Source of the DNA: Blepharisma stoltei ATCC 30299
Lineage: Eukaryota; Protista; Ciliophora
Reading direction: 5' to 3'
Assembly: GCA_965603825.1 (NCBI GenBank)
Contig: CBFDEM010000003.1
Coordinates: 310,001 to 374,000 of the forward strand
DNA: 64,000 nucleotides
In this document: one piece after another, positions 24,944-36,500 of the stretch
How the letters are laid out: the number at the start of each line of letters is the position of its first letter
Position numbering within the stretch: the first letter of the stretch is position 1
Translations under genes and position numbers: made by a program
Notes under the pieces: generated by a model
What the model saw: only the letters and a program-made list of their open reading frames with translations
What the model was told of the DNA's origin: nothing
The model's database searches: none

Positions 24944-26002
24944 ATGCTTAGAAGCGGAGAAGATCTTGAAGAAGTACGACAAATATCAACACAAGAAATT
25001 AAAAGAATCCCTAAAATGAATAAAATTGTCCCAATTAATGATTCGGAGGCAGCTCCAAAAGAAGCTGAAAGCCAACCCAGAATTGAAGACCATGAAGAAA
25101 AGTTATGCAGGATTTGTATGGAACCAGGAAGAGGCAGTAGAAATTTAATTTCTCCTTGCCGCTGTTCAGGTTCTGTAAAATATATCCATGAAATTTGTCT
25201 AAAAACTTGGCTTGTTTCACAAACTGAAGATATTGCTGAAGCAAAATGCGAGTTATGTAAAGAAAAATTTGACATGGAATTTAAAATCGAAAAAGTTTGT
25301 GTTCCAACTGAATACTGCAGACAAGGAGCTATTCAGTGCTTGTTTGTGCCTTTATTACTGATAGTTATGGGCATGCTTTTTATTGTTGCCTATTTGCTTT
25401 CTGATAAATATTTATCAAATGCAGATACACAAGAGAAAGGGTACATTATTGCTTTAATTGTTACATGTGGTATTTCTGGCTTTGTAATCCTAGTTCTTAT
25501 CCTTAACTCCTTAAGAGAAACTTGCACAACTTCAAAACTGACTGAGTGAGTAATTTTATCCAAGAACTTCGAAAACGAGCCTGCACAAGCTAGTGAAAAA
25601 GATGAAAAATCAAGAGACGAAACTTTATTGGATAGAACTGTACAAATTCAAGTAGCAGCAATAGGCGATTCCAATGAGAAGGACGAAGATGATTTGCTTG
25701 AAAGAAGTATTCAGATGAGACCTGTCATTATGGTTGTTCCGAAAAATTTGAAAATTGGGAATAAAAAAGTAAAAACGCCAATTTTGGATCCTCCAATGGT
25801 CCCAGTTTTCAAGTATGGAAGACTAAAGGCATTTACTCCAAAATATATGACACCTACTGGGAGCATTTCTCCTATGATGAGTTTAAATTTAAATGGAGCT
25901 TCAAACACTGATCCTTTCCATTTCAAAGAGCCAGGAAGTCCACAATATCATATGGTTTCTTCTAAAGCGCCCTTTCTGAATTCAATAGAAATCTCGATAT
26001 AG
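24944..26002 (+). CDS. RING-CH (MARCH-type) membrane E3 ubiquitin ligase
   Basis: CRICME...SPCRCSGSVKYIHEICLKTW...CELC followed by two TM helices; TGA at 25547 read through. Confidence 0.88.
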
Positions 26003-26144
26003 AAATCTGCAAATAAATTCATTAATTTTTGTAGCCATGCAATTAGGCAATATATTATATAAATATAATCAAAATGCATGCTTATCATCTAGATAACTCA
26101 CTTTTTTATTATCTATAGTAAACTTTTAATATCAGTTTATAATT

Positions 26145-27365
26145 ATGGCTGAAGAAATTAGAAAACTGCTAAATGATGAAAAAGCCCTTGCAAAGGTAGC
26201 AAGGCCTGCATTTCAAGAACTCGATACAGATAGATCAGGATACATAGAAGAAGGCGAATTATTGCAAGCTATGACAAAAGCAGCCCAATCAATGAGATGC
26301 AAAGTGCCTACGAAAGATCAAGTAAAACAAATTGCAAAAACAATTGACAAAAATCAAGACGGCAGTATTTCTTTTAACGAGTTTATAGAACTAGTCAAAA
26401 AAATGCTGCGAGATTTGATCGGCGAGCCCGAAGAAGACAAACCTGAGCCAAACGAGCCTAATAATTCCAATCAATTAGAAACCGAAAATATTGAGAATGC
26501 TATATCTCAACTTACAAAGCTATTGAACAACGACCAAGCTCTTGCGAAAGTATCAAGGCCTTCTTTCAATGAAATCGACACTGACAACTCAGGATACATT
26601 GAAGAAAAAGAACTTTTACGTGTTATGATTAATGCATCATCAAGCATGAGAGCTAAACCTCCTACTAAAGAAGATGTAAAAAATATTATGAGGCAGATTG
26701 ATAGAAACAGTGACGGAAGCATTTCTTTTCCAGAATATCAAGAAATGCTGAAAATCATGCTGAGAAAAAAAATTGAGGAACTTGAAAAGATGAAACAAGA
26801 ACAGCTTGAGATTCAGAGGAAACAAGAACAAGGAAGGCTGATATATGAGCTAAGAGAGCTTGTTAATGATACAGAGTCTCTAGCAAGAATGGCTAGGCAG
26901 CCATTTCAAGAAATTGACAGTGATAACTCAGGATACATTGAAGAAAAAGAGCTACTAAAGATTATGACAAAAGCTTCATTTAATATGAAGTGTAAACCTC
27001 CAACAAAAGAACAAGTAAAAGCTATCATGAGAGAAATTGATAGAAACCAAGATGGAAAAATTTCTTTCAATGAATTTTTAGAAATGCTAAGATCATTGAT
27101 AAGAAGAGTATTAGATGAATTAGAAGGAAGAACACAAATTATTGACCAAGATCAAGCAGAGCAGCAAATAAGACTATTCGAAAAATATTTGCAAGACAGT
27201 GGAATTGCTATGGCTTTTCAAATTATTTATACCGAAATCTTGACAAAGAAAATTGATCCAAGTAATGTGTTCACATATACGGCAATGAGGCTTCGGCAGA
27301 TAGGAAAAGAAGTCGCTCATTTACTTCCAAAAAACTTAACTGCTCAACTATCTAATGAAAATTAA
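26145..27365 (+). CDS. EF-hand protein with three calmodulin-like lobes (6 EF-hands) and a C-terminal RIIa/DPY-30-like helical motif
   Basis: Three repeats of F.EID.D.SGYIEE.EL...ID.N.DG.ISF.EF; tail FEKYLQDSGIAMAFQIIYTEILTKKIDPSNVFTYTAMRL. Confidence 0.85.
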   Translation: MAEEIRKLLNDEKALAKVARPAFQELDTDRSGYIEEGELLQAMTKAAQSMRCKVPTKDQVKQIAKTIDKNQDGSISFNEFIELVKKMLRDLIGEPEEDKPEPNEPNNSNQLETENIENAISQLTKLLNNDQALAKVSRPSFNEIDTDNSGYIEEKELLRVMINASSSMRAKPPTKEDVKNIMRQIDRNSDGSISFPEYQEMLKIMLRKKIEELEKMKQEQLEIQRKQEQGRLIYELRELVNDTESLARMARQPFQEIDSDNSGYIEEKELLKIMTKASFNMKCKPPTKEQVKAIMREIDRNQDGKISFNEFLEMLRSLIRRVLDELEGRTQIIDQDQAEQQIRLFEKYLQDSGIAMAFQIIYTEILTKKIDPSNVFTYTAMRLRQIGKEVAHLLPKNLTAQLSNEN

Positions 27366-27478
27366 ATTTAGTCGTAAATATATTTATTTAGTAAAAATGC
27401 AATAAAATATGTTAGCTTCGAATTGAATAATAAGGTCATATTGATTTACCCTTTATATAAGTTTGTTGAGAAATTATA

Positions 27479-28108
27479 ATGGAATTTAAATATAAAGACC
27501 AGCAGACTCCATTATGACAATTTTGGAGACTTCCAATAGACCCTTTAATCCCTAAAAGCAGGCATGATAGTAAAATATTTCCATTAAGACTAGCTTGTAT
27601 GAATGCCCACTATGATACTTCTCAAGGGTTTATGGATTTTTCAAGCCAAACTATTGAAAAATCTGAATTTGACTCAATTGCAAATAAAATTAAACAGAGA
27701 ATCCAATGCGGAAAAATTACTTATGATGCATTAAAATATTTATTTATAGTATGAACTGCGTTCTTGCTTGTCTCTTTAATTTCAGCAATTATATATTTAG
27801 ACTTTTTGGCACTTGGGGTAGATGTTGCATGAATTGCAGTGATGCTTACTGTGACTAGGCTGATGGGCCATTGCTTCATTAAGAGATTGCAAAAAATTAA
27901 AAATTCTGTTGAGCCTGATGTTGCTTTATTAAATGAGAAAATTGGTCAGAGAAATTTATCCTTCATAATAGGAAACCATTGTTATTGAATTGAAATCAAA
28001 ATAATTCATTATGCTCCTCCAGTGATTCCAATAAGTGATTTAGAAAGCTTGCCGCCTGCTTTGGCTGCTTTTGAAACAAACCCACCAAGCCGAAATGTGC
28101 AACTTTAA
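27479..28108 (+). CDS. Hypothetical two-TM membrane protein (209 aa), absent from the ORF track
   Basis: ATG 27479 to TAA 28108 is open if TGA=Trp; hydrophobic hairpin LFIVWTAFLLVSLISAIIYLDFLALGVDVAWIAVMLTV. Confidence 0.7.
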
Positions 28109-28244
28109 AAATATTAAATTCTCTTAAAAATTGCTAGAATAACCAGTCTTAATTCAGCTATTTTGAAATTCAGCAAAAAGCCAGTCATTCCTTCACCTTG
28201 AAATCTTGATAGCACTAAACACTTTAACTAAGCTTAGTAATAAA

Positions 28245-30401
28245 ATGGCTTATAGGTTTAGAGCTGTCCAGCACATTCACAATCGAATAAGAATCGACGA
28301 ATATGCAAAACTCGCCACAAATACACTGCAATTAGTTAGTTTTATATAGAACCAACTCCTCAAAAAAGAAGCTGACAATTTCAAAATTTTTTCAGAAAAT
28401 ATCAATCCTGAATATCAAGACTTTATGAAGAGATTAAAAATGAGGACAGTCGATCATAAAGATACTCCTCCTGAGCAAATTGGGAATTATTTCTATTTTT
28501 CAGTAGAAGAGCCTTTTTTTATTTGCTCCAGGAAAAGGATTTTTGATGTAATTGATATTTAGGATGGAACAATTGGAAACCCTGAGACTATTTTCCGAAT
28601 TGAAGAAATCCCTGAGCTAAGAAATGCGCAGGACGAGCAAAAATACAGAATTGGCTCACCTATAATAAGACTCTCTGATGATCACACAAAACTCATTTAT
28701 GTTGTTGATTTGCATGGAAATGATAGACCCACATTAGGAGTAAAAGATTTAAAGACCGGAAAAATTATTGTAAAAAATAAGCAGGATCGCATTCCTATGG
28801 CAGGAAATGCAGAATGAGCTGAAGATGGCAGAAGTTTTTATTATACACTTCCAGATGAACATAATCGTCCATCAAAGGTAATTTACAATAAGATCTTTCT
28901 TCACAATTTAAATGAAAAGAGCGAAAACGACAAATTAATATTCGAAGAAACCAATGGGGCTTATTATTTGGATTTATCCCAGACAAAAGACAAAAAATAC
29001 ACAATAATTTCGTCTCAATCAAGGAGCTCTTCAGAGATGCATGTAATTGATAGAAAAACAAATAAAACACAAATTGTTGCAAGCAAAGAGCCAAATACAA
29101 GGTATTTCGTTGAGCATAATAAGGTAGTACCTAGTTAGGATTATTTTTATCTCGTCACAAATAAGGATGTCCCAGATTTCAAAATTATCAGATTTCCTTC
29201 AAAAACTTCTCAAAAGCACGCACAAACTGTCGTTGGCTTTGAAGATGGCTTATGCATCGACGAAGTCGATATGTTTGAAAATCATTTAGTTGTATACTGC
29301 AGAGAAAAAACGATCCCAAAAATAAGAGTATATGATTTGCGTACAATGGAGCACAAAAAAATTGAATTCACTAAAAACAAGGAAGAAATTTATTCAATTC
29401 AGCCTGGAGTTAATATGGATTTCTACTCTAAAGAGCTTAGATTCACTTATTCTTCACGTTTAACTTATGAAATATCGTATGGGTATGACTTAAATACGAA
29501 CACTCTTTATCCAGTTCACGAAAAAACGTTTTCAGGAGTCCCTTATTATGCAAATAAATTTGAATGCAAGAGGCTCGAAGTTCCTTCTCATGATGGGTTA
29601 TTGATACCATTAACTCTATTTTATAGATCAGGCTTAGAAAAAAATAGAAAGTAATACTCATATAGTAATCGGCTGCTAATGACCGGATATGGGGCTTATG
29701 GAACTCGCAGTGACCATAGCTTTAAATATAGCCAACTAGCAGCAGTAGAAGAAGGGTGGATAATAGCTGATGCCCATGTCAGAGGTGAAGGAGAAAAAGG
29801 AGTTCAATGGCATCAAGCTGCAGTTAAAGAGCGAAAACAAAATTCATTTTTAGATTTTATTTCAACTGCTTCATTTTTAATTGCACAAGGATACACAAGG
29901 CCAAGACTTATGGCTGCTTATGGGACATCAGCAGGAGGTCTGCTCGTGGCAGCTGTTATGAATATGAGGCCAGAATTATTTAAAGCTGTAGTTTTAGACG
30001 TCCCATTTGTGGATCCATTATCAAATATGCTCAATGAAGAGTCAATTTTGACAATTCCTGATAGGGACGAGTGGGGAGATCCTATTTCTGATGTAAACAT
30101 CTACAATGAAATTCGTAGCTATTCTCCATATGAGAATTTGTCTATAGCTAGATATCCTCCACTTTATATTACAGCTGGGCTGAATGACTCCAGAGTTGAT
30201 TATGTCAGTATTTTGAAATATGTTGCTAGGATGAGGCAAAGAAAATATTTAGACTCCAAGGAGGGTTTAATTTGTTCTCAAAATATTGCACTTGATGTAC
30301 AAAAAACAGGACATTTTGGAGATGGGTCTTTGGAAAGCGAAGCTAAAATGTGGGCATTTTTGAATAAAATTATACCGTCTCCTTCAATCATTCAATATTA
30401 A
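28245..30401 (+). CDS. Oligopeptidase B / prolyl oligopeptidase (peptidase S9A)
   Basis: GYGAYG, AHVRGEGEKG, GTSAGG (catalytic Ser), VPFVD, YSPYEN, DSRV (Asp) and GHFG (His); up to six 15-nt introns; TGA in AEWAEDG. Confidence 0.9.
28335..28349 (+). other. 15-nt intron
   Basis: GTTAGTTTTATATAG; removes an in-frame TAG. Confidence 0.8.
28548..28562 (+). other. 15-nt intron
   Basis: GTAATTGATATTTAG; removes an in-frame TAG. Confidence 0.85.
28770..28784 (+). other. Probable 15-nt intron (no stop)
   Basis: GTAAAAAATAAGCAG; fits the consensus including A10. Confidence 0.6.
28878..28892 (+). other. Probable 15-nt intron (no stop)
   Basis: GTAATTTACAATAAG; splicing gives RPSKIFLHNL, which resembles the S9A RPxxVxRHxL motif. 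Confidence 0.55.
29124..29138 (+). other. 15-nt intron
   Basis: GTAGTACCTAGTTAG; removes an in-frame TAG. Confidence 0.85.
29651..29665 (+). other. 15-nt intron
   Basis: GTAATACTCATATAG; joins ORFs 29271 and 29679. Confidence 0.85.
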
Positions 30402-30799
30402 GCAGATAAATTAATTGGCTTATATAAAAATATATTCAAGTAAAGTTGTTGCTTATTGATAAGGTGTAAAAGCAAATGCATATATATTCACTAGCCATTA
30501 TATAAGAATGTAGATTACTGCATACTTTTATGATATTAATTATCCAGCTAGAGCAATTTAATTAAGAATATTTAAGGTAATCATAACAAAATTTACTTAC
30601 CAATTATCCAATACAAGTAGTAGAAATGGGCATTGATAATTTTTAATTTAACAGTTTTATAACTCCCCACATATCATTCTCAAAGTGATTCTATTAAAAT
30701 TTATATTTGATCGAACTATTTTAGTATATAAAATATTATATTCATTAAAATAAATGAGCAAAAAATGAGATTAACTCTGAATTTTCGAATCAATATAAA

Positions 30800-31780
30800 A
30801 TGTTTAAAGTCGAATTTAATGTGGAATATTCAAAGTCAAGCAGAGCTATCTGTAGGGCATGCGATAGTAAAATATTAAAAGGAGACATGAGAATTTATAT
30901 TTATCACTACGATGTCCCTAAATATTACCATTTGAAATGCTATACTCCAAAATACAACCAATATATTTGTAAAAATGACATCAAAGTTTGTGTAAATGAC
31001 GAAGATTCTAGGATATTTGATAAATGGCTTAATGAATGAAATATAAATTATGAGCCTCTTGACAAGCCTTATCATATCCCTCCAAAATTAGATAAACAAG
31101 TAGAATCAAAGTCTTCTAAATATAAAAGGGCATGAATAGAAGTATTCCGATTTATTTCGCCGCGAGAAACCTCATATACGCTTTCTTTGGTATGCAAGGA
31201 GTTTTATCATATCACTTGAGATGAAGAGCTTTGGCAATTTTATTATTCAAATCAATATAAAAATCCTATTGAACAATCTAATAGCTGGAAAGACCAATAC
31301 ATGCTGGCAACTCTCCACTCTTGCGCAGAATGTCTTATCTACTTAGACGAAAATAACTTCCATAAATGTCCATTATTGAAAAAACCTATTTGTGATAAAT
31401 GCCTGGGAACTCCTAAGTATAAAATATTAGATAAATCAGATATCAGATACCAGTACAAAATAAATCCAAATGTCTTAAATTTAAAATTTTGTAATGGCTT
31501 TTGTGGAACAAAACAAACTTATTTTTTCATGATTAAAAAAGCGCTAATTGAGTATCGCAATCAAAATAAACAAAGAATATTAAAAAAATTTGAAAATAAG
31601 TCAGAGCATGCTGAAATAAAAGAAATTGTTGACTCGATTGATGTTGAAAACATGAATGAAAATATCCTACAGGATATAAAATTGATAAAAAATCGTTTTT
31701 ATAATTGCTTTGATAAAATTTTTAAATATATTTGATACAAAAAAGGAGGTTTAAAAGAAATCGTGCCTTTAATCAGATAA
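30800..31780 (+). CDS. PARP-type zinc finger + F-box + XPA-like zinc/DNA-binding domain protein (326 aa)
   Basis: VEYSKSSRAICRAC..KILKG.MR...YYHLKC (zf-PARP); WIEVFRFIS..E..YTLSLVCKEFYHITWDEELW (F-box); CAEC...PICDKC...YKILDKSDIRYQY (XPA-like); four TGA=Trp codons. Confidence 0.75.
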
Positions 31781-31898
31781 TATAAAAGAAGCTTAGGTTT
31801 AAAAATAGGATTTTTAAAATTACCTTATTCCTTATTAATTTTTTGTTAATTATACAAAATTCTCATATTTCAATTGAATAAAGAAAGCTATATAATTA

Positions 31899-33329
31899 TT
31901 AAAGTTTGGTAATTGAGGAACCTACATGAAGCAGCGAAAGCCCTTTTCCTCTTTGAAAAGTTGAACCGAACCCTGGTCTTGGAATATTAGCTCCAAGTGG
32001 ATTAATAATTGGGTCATGCTTCTGAGGATCAAAGAAAAACTCATTTCTGCTTGTCTTTCTATTAGAAAAAGATCCATTTACAGGGCTTCCTGCAAAACTT
32101 TTATCATCCCCAAAATTACTAGCATTTCTTGACAATCCCCCTGGGCTTGGATCTCTTGAAGTCGGTGAATTCGGATTTGGCAATTGAGAAAAACTTCTAT
32201 GAGCTCTTAAAAATGCTTTTTGCAGTGGAGATTCCCTAGGATGAATTCCTGGGACTGCTTTAAACTCCAAATCTTCATTTGAAGTTAAAATTGGTGAAAA
32301 AATTTGTTTTTCTTTTTCATCCATCTTCAACTCATTATATTTTTGCATCATTTTATTCTGCGATTGGTTCTCAAGAACCTGCTTATATTCTTCTTTTTCC
32401 TTAGCTCTTAAAAACTTAAGCTGAGTTTCGTAACTTTTAGTGTTTTCAACTTGTCTTTGAATGGTTTGTTTTTCTCTTTCAAAATCCATTCTTTCCATTT
32501 CTCTTTTCATGTTTTTCTCCTGTAGCTGCTGCTGAAGTGTTTGTATGGTTTCTTGCTTGTTTGCCATTCTTCGTTCTCTTTCTTGGTTCATTTTTTCTTC
32601 AGCTCTTCTTCTTGCTTCATTTTCCCACTGATTTACAACCTCAACCTTTTTGATTTCTTTTTCTAAATTTTCTCTTGCTACAGGATCATATACAACTGCT
32701 TTATTAGTTCTCTGTTCGTCTAAATTTTTATTAAAATCCATCAATTTTTGGTCCCTTAAGTTGACTCTTTCAATATTTTGCCTAATTAATTCTTGGTCTC
32801 TTAGTCTTTCGTTTTCTCTTTGTTGGCGTTCATACTCTCTTTGCTGTTCTTTAAGCCTTAAAACTTCCATTTCTGTTCTAACTTTTTCTTCTTTTAAATC
32901 TCTTTTCATTTTGTTGTCACGATCCATTTGGTTGCTAAGTGTGTTGAGCCACGATTTATCAGCAGATTTTTCTTGTTGGTTCATTTGAGCTCTTAATTGA
33001 GCTTTATAGCTTGACATGTCTTGGTATTCTTGACCTAGTTGCTGTTGCATGTATTTATATTCTTGTTTGGCTCTTTGGTCATAGTCCTGAATAGCTTTGC
33101 TCTTTTTAAGCATAAGATTGGCTTCGATTTCTCTGAGCATTTGTTCATCTCGTCGCTGCTGTTCCTTTTCCTGTAACTGTCTATCAAGTTCGTCACGGAG
33201 TAATCTCTTATTAAGACTTGCTAACTCTGCATCAGCTTTTTCTTGCATGAGATTTGCCTTTGATTGGGCCTCGACGAGTGCTGCCCAATCATTTGGTCTT
33301 TGGTATGGTTTTATTCCTTGAAGTGCCAT
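31899..33329 (-). CDS. Trichohyalin-like charged coiled-coil protein, possibly cytoskeletal or ciliary
   Basis: Intact 476-aa ORF rich in E/Q/K/R heptads. Confidence 0.7.
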   Translation of the reverse strand: MALQGIKPYQRPNDWAALVEAQSKANLMQEKADAELASLNKRLLRDELDRQLQEKEQQRRDEQMLREIEANLMLKKSKAIQDYDQRAKQEYKYMQQQLGQEYQDMSSYKAQLRAQMNQQEKSADKSWLNTLSNQMDRDNKMKRDLKEEKVRTEMEVLRLKEQQREYERQQRENERLRDQELIRQNIERVNLRDQKLMDFNKNLDEQRTNKAVVYDPVARENLEKEIKKVEVVNQWENEARRRAEEKMNQERERRMANKQETIQTLQQQLQEKNMKREMERMDFEREKQTIQRQVENTKSYETQLKFLRAKEKEEYKQVLENQSQNKMMQKYNELKMDEKEKQIFSPILTSNEDLEFKAVPGIHPRESPLQKAFLRAHRSFSQLPNPNSPTSRDPSPGGLSRNASNFGDDKSFAGSPVNGSFSNRKTSRNEFFFDPQKHDPIINPLGANIPRPGFGSTFQRGKGLSLLHVGSSITKL

Positions 33330-33545
33330 TGTCTGATTTAATATAATAAAGAGATCATTAAATTCTAGAATTAAGGAACAGAAGCTTTATGATATAAAGC
33401 ATTGAAAATAAAGAGATATTTTTTAAAACTGAATTCACGAAACGAGCAGCCATTTAATTCCTATTTATATTAAAAGGCCATTTTTATTAATTACACAATA
33501 AAATACTAGCTGTTCATATTAATTAAATCATGATTTATTTTATTA

Positions 33546-36500
33546 CTAATCATCAAGTTGGCATAAAAAGGCAGCTCCTCTCTGAATCCAATGCTGAGGC
33601 CGCTTATGAGTCGGAACATCAATTGAGATTATATAATTTGTGGAGTGCCCTGTCGTTGATAGCTGCCCTGCTCTTGCTGAGGTTTTATAAACAGGCATTA
33701 AGTAGTACTCTTCCTCTTCATCAACATTGTCTTGTACTTCGCTCGGTATAAATGAAATTAAAGGAGCTAAAGTCCACATAACTCCAGGCTTAGAATCTTC
33801 CAGCACATTAGTTTCTGGATCCCATCTGCATCCTTCCATGAATAGTCCATGGACATAAACCCCATCATCAATTTTTTCTTCAATTCTTTCGATTTCACTA
33901 AATGACTGCAACTCAAATGTAAATACTAAATTATCAATTGGAACGCGGAATTTTCTTGAATGGCTTTGCATTACTGATGTTAAAAATCCTTGTGGGAAAA
34001 AGAAAGAGCTTAGCCAATAAGATTCAGGCTTACCATGGATGAGCCATTTACGAATAAATGAAACTCTTTCTTTGAGATCAGTAAACCAAGATGCAAGCGG
34101 CTTGAGTGAAGGATAAGCAACACGATTTCAAAGCTCAGGAATCAAGTTATTGTTCATGGCGTTATACATTCTATCAAGATCATCAGACATCAAGACAAGC
34201 CCTTGTATTGCTTTTCTCAAGTCTTCCAAACTTGTTTTGCATCTATTTAGAAGCCTGTTGAATCTTTCCATTTCTTGGCCTAGAAAAGTAGCCATGGCTT
34301 CCATCAGCCCATTTTCTACTACAAAAGTATGGCTGCCAGCTTCTGATTTCATTAAAATTTTAGGCAACTCCTCTAAAAATTTAGCCGCAAGCTCATCTAC
34401 CATCTCATCCGGCGTTTTCCCCATAGAAGACTTTCCTTTCTCCTTAGGCTGAATTAATAAAGCCGCATTTAGCACACTAGAACTTTCTTGCTGCTGGAAA
34501 GTAATATTTGCATTTTCATGCATCCCGAATATTTCTGGCTCATCTGTAATAGGCAAGTTCATAACATAATCTTTATAAGCTTGAACCGTACTTTCTGATG
34601 GAATTGCATATATACCACTTTCAGAAAATTTGAAGGCATCTTCAAGGACTTCTGGCTTTATGAAGTAGGAAAGAGTGCTCATTAAGCATCTTCTATCTAA
34701 ATCATCAGTAACTCTTCCACCATAGTTAATTTCTCCGGTAACAAATTTAATAGCTTCCCATGGAACCACTTCTTGCTCATTTAAGAAATTTTCAATCACA
34801 CGAATAGAAGTCTCTAGGTCACTTTCATTGAATTCATAACGGATATTCCAACCTAATGGACCGAATTTTCGACGTTCTTGTATTACTGCGTGGAATAAGC
34901 ATAAAGAGAAAATCAATTTTTGCCAAGTTTCTGGCTTATTTGACTCAGCGATTTTTTCATCAGTCATAAGAGTCATTGATCTAAGCAAGTTTGATTTGAT
35001 TCCTTTAGGTGGCTCAATTGTGACTTTGACTCCATTCTGCAACACAGGGATTGGGAAATAATTGCAAGGCATTGATGTCAAGAAAATTCTGAATTCTTCA
35101 TGGATTACTGTTTTAGGGTCGTCAAAGTTTTCTATTTGTTTTTCCAGGTCTGGCATCCACGATTTTGCAAGATGACAGTTTTGCAATATGACCCATTTTC
35201 CTTCCCTAAGGCCTTTTTCGATAGCTTTTCTTGCTTTTTCGTCTTGTCCTTTACCTAGAGAAATAGGGTCAATTCTATCTAGGAATTTTCTGTCACGAGC
35301 AAGCCTGGTAATCATAGACATTGGATCAGCACCTTGGCTTAAAATGAAAATGATTGGAGTCCTCTTGGTAGTTTCTACATAAACTTCTTCCATTGATGTG
35401 GGTGTAACCTGCACAAATTTAGGACCTAAAACGTGGCTAATGAATTCTGAGACCATGTATATGATTTTTTCTTCTCTGAAAGCTTTTATTAAAAGCATTT
35501 TGTGGAATATCGATAGGTTATTGTATCTTCCTGGCAGTGGCTCTTTTTGAGGCTCTTTGGAGTGAATCCAGGTATGCCATTCTTTTCTGTTATTTCTGAT
35601 ATCTTCGCCTACAAATGGCTCCATAAATGCTTCGCTGACATTTTGTAAAAATACAATGAAATTCCATGACTTTTCAGTGACTCCTGCTATATCAGGCTTT
35701 GGAGTCCTCCTAAAGTCAGCAGGGACCATAGAAACACCTCTCAACAGTATAGCCCACTCAGCATCTTTAATAAGCCCAGCATCTCTTTGTATTTGTGCCG
35801 CCAATAAAAAGCTGAAAATAAGTTTATGAGCGTTAAAAAGCCCTCTACAAATATTCGAGTAAATGACTTCAGTAATCGCATTAATCAAAATTTCAATCCT
35901 GACTTGGGCATCTGGATTTGTTGGAGCTTGGTCAATAATGGAATTAAAGAATTTTGAAAAATAACTCAAAGAATACTGATACATAGGATCAATATTTGCT
36001 AAATCAGCGATCACAAAATACAAAATTGACCCTCTTCTGGCGACTTTTTGATATTTAGCTCTAGCTGCTTCGTTTTCTTTTTTGGTGTTTTCAGCAGTTA
36101 TCATTCTTTTATTGATCAAATCTGATGACTTTTTGGCTGTTTCTAGTCTAGCTATTAGTTTCGCATCGTCGAGGATATTTCCTTCTGTAGCAGAAAGGGA
36201 TTGAAGAATTAAAGTTTCGAAGTTTTTGAGCTCTCTTTGTCCATCACCTATGTCTTTCACGAGCTTATTTTGCTCAATTTCTATTTTTGGCTCTTCTTTG
36301 CGGACGACATCACCTAGAAGCTGTTCTTCTAGACCTTTCATTGTGACTGTGAAATTGATTAAGCTGACCCTGATGCTGATTTCAGGGAGATAATGAGGAT
36401 TAGAAAGCTTTGTGATTATATACAGCTTAAAGTTCATATCATAGTCAATATCAGTTTCTCCCATTCTCAGCGTGAATCTTCCTGGAGACTGCTCTACTAG

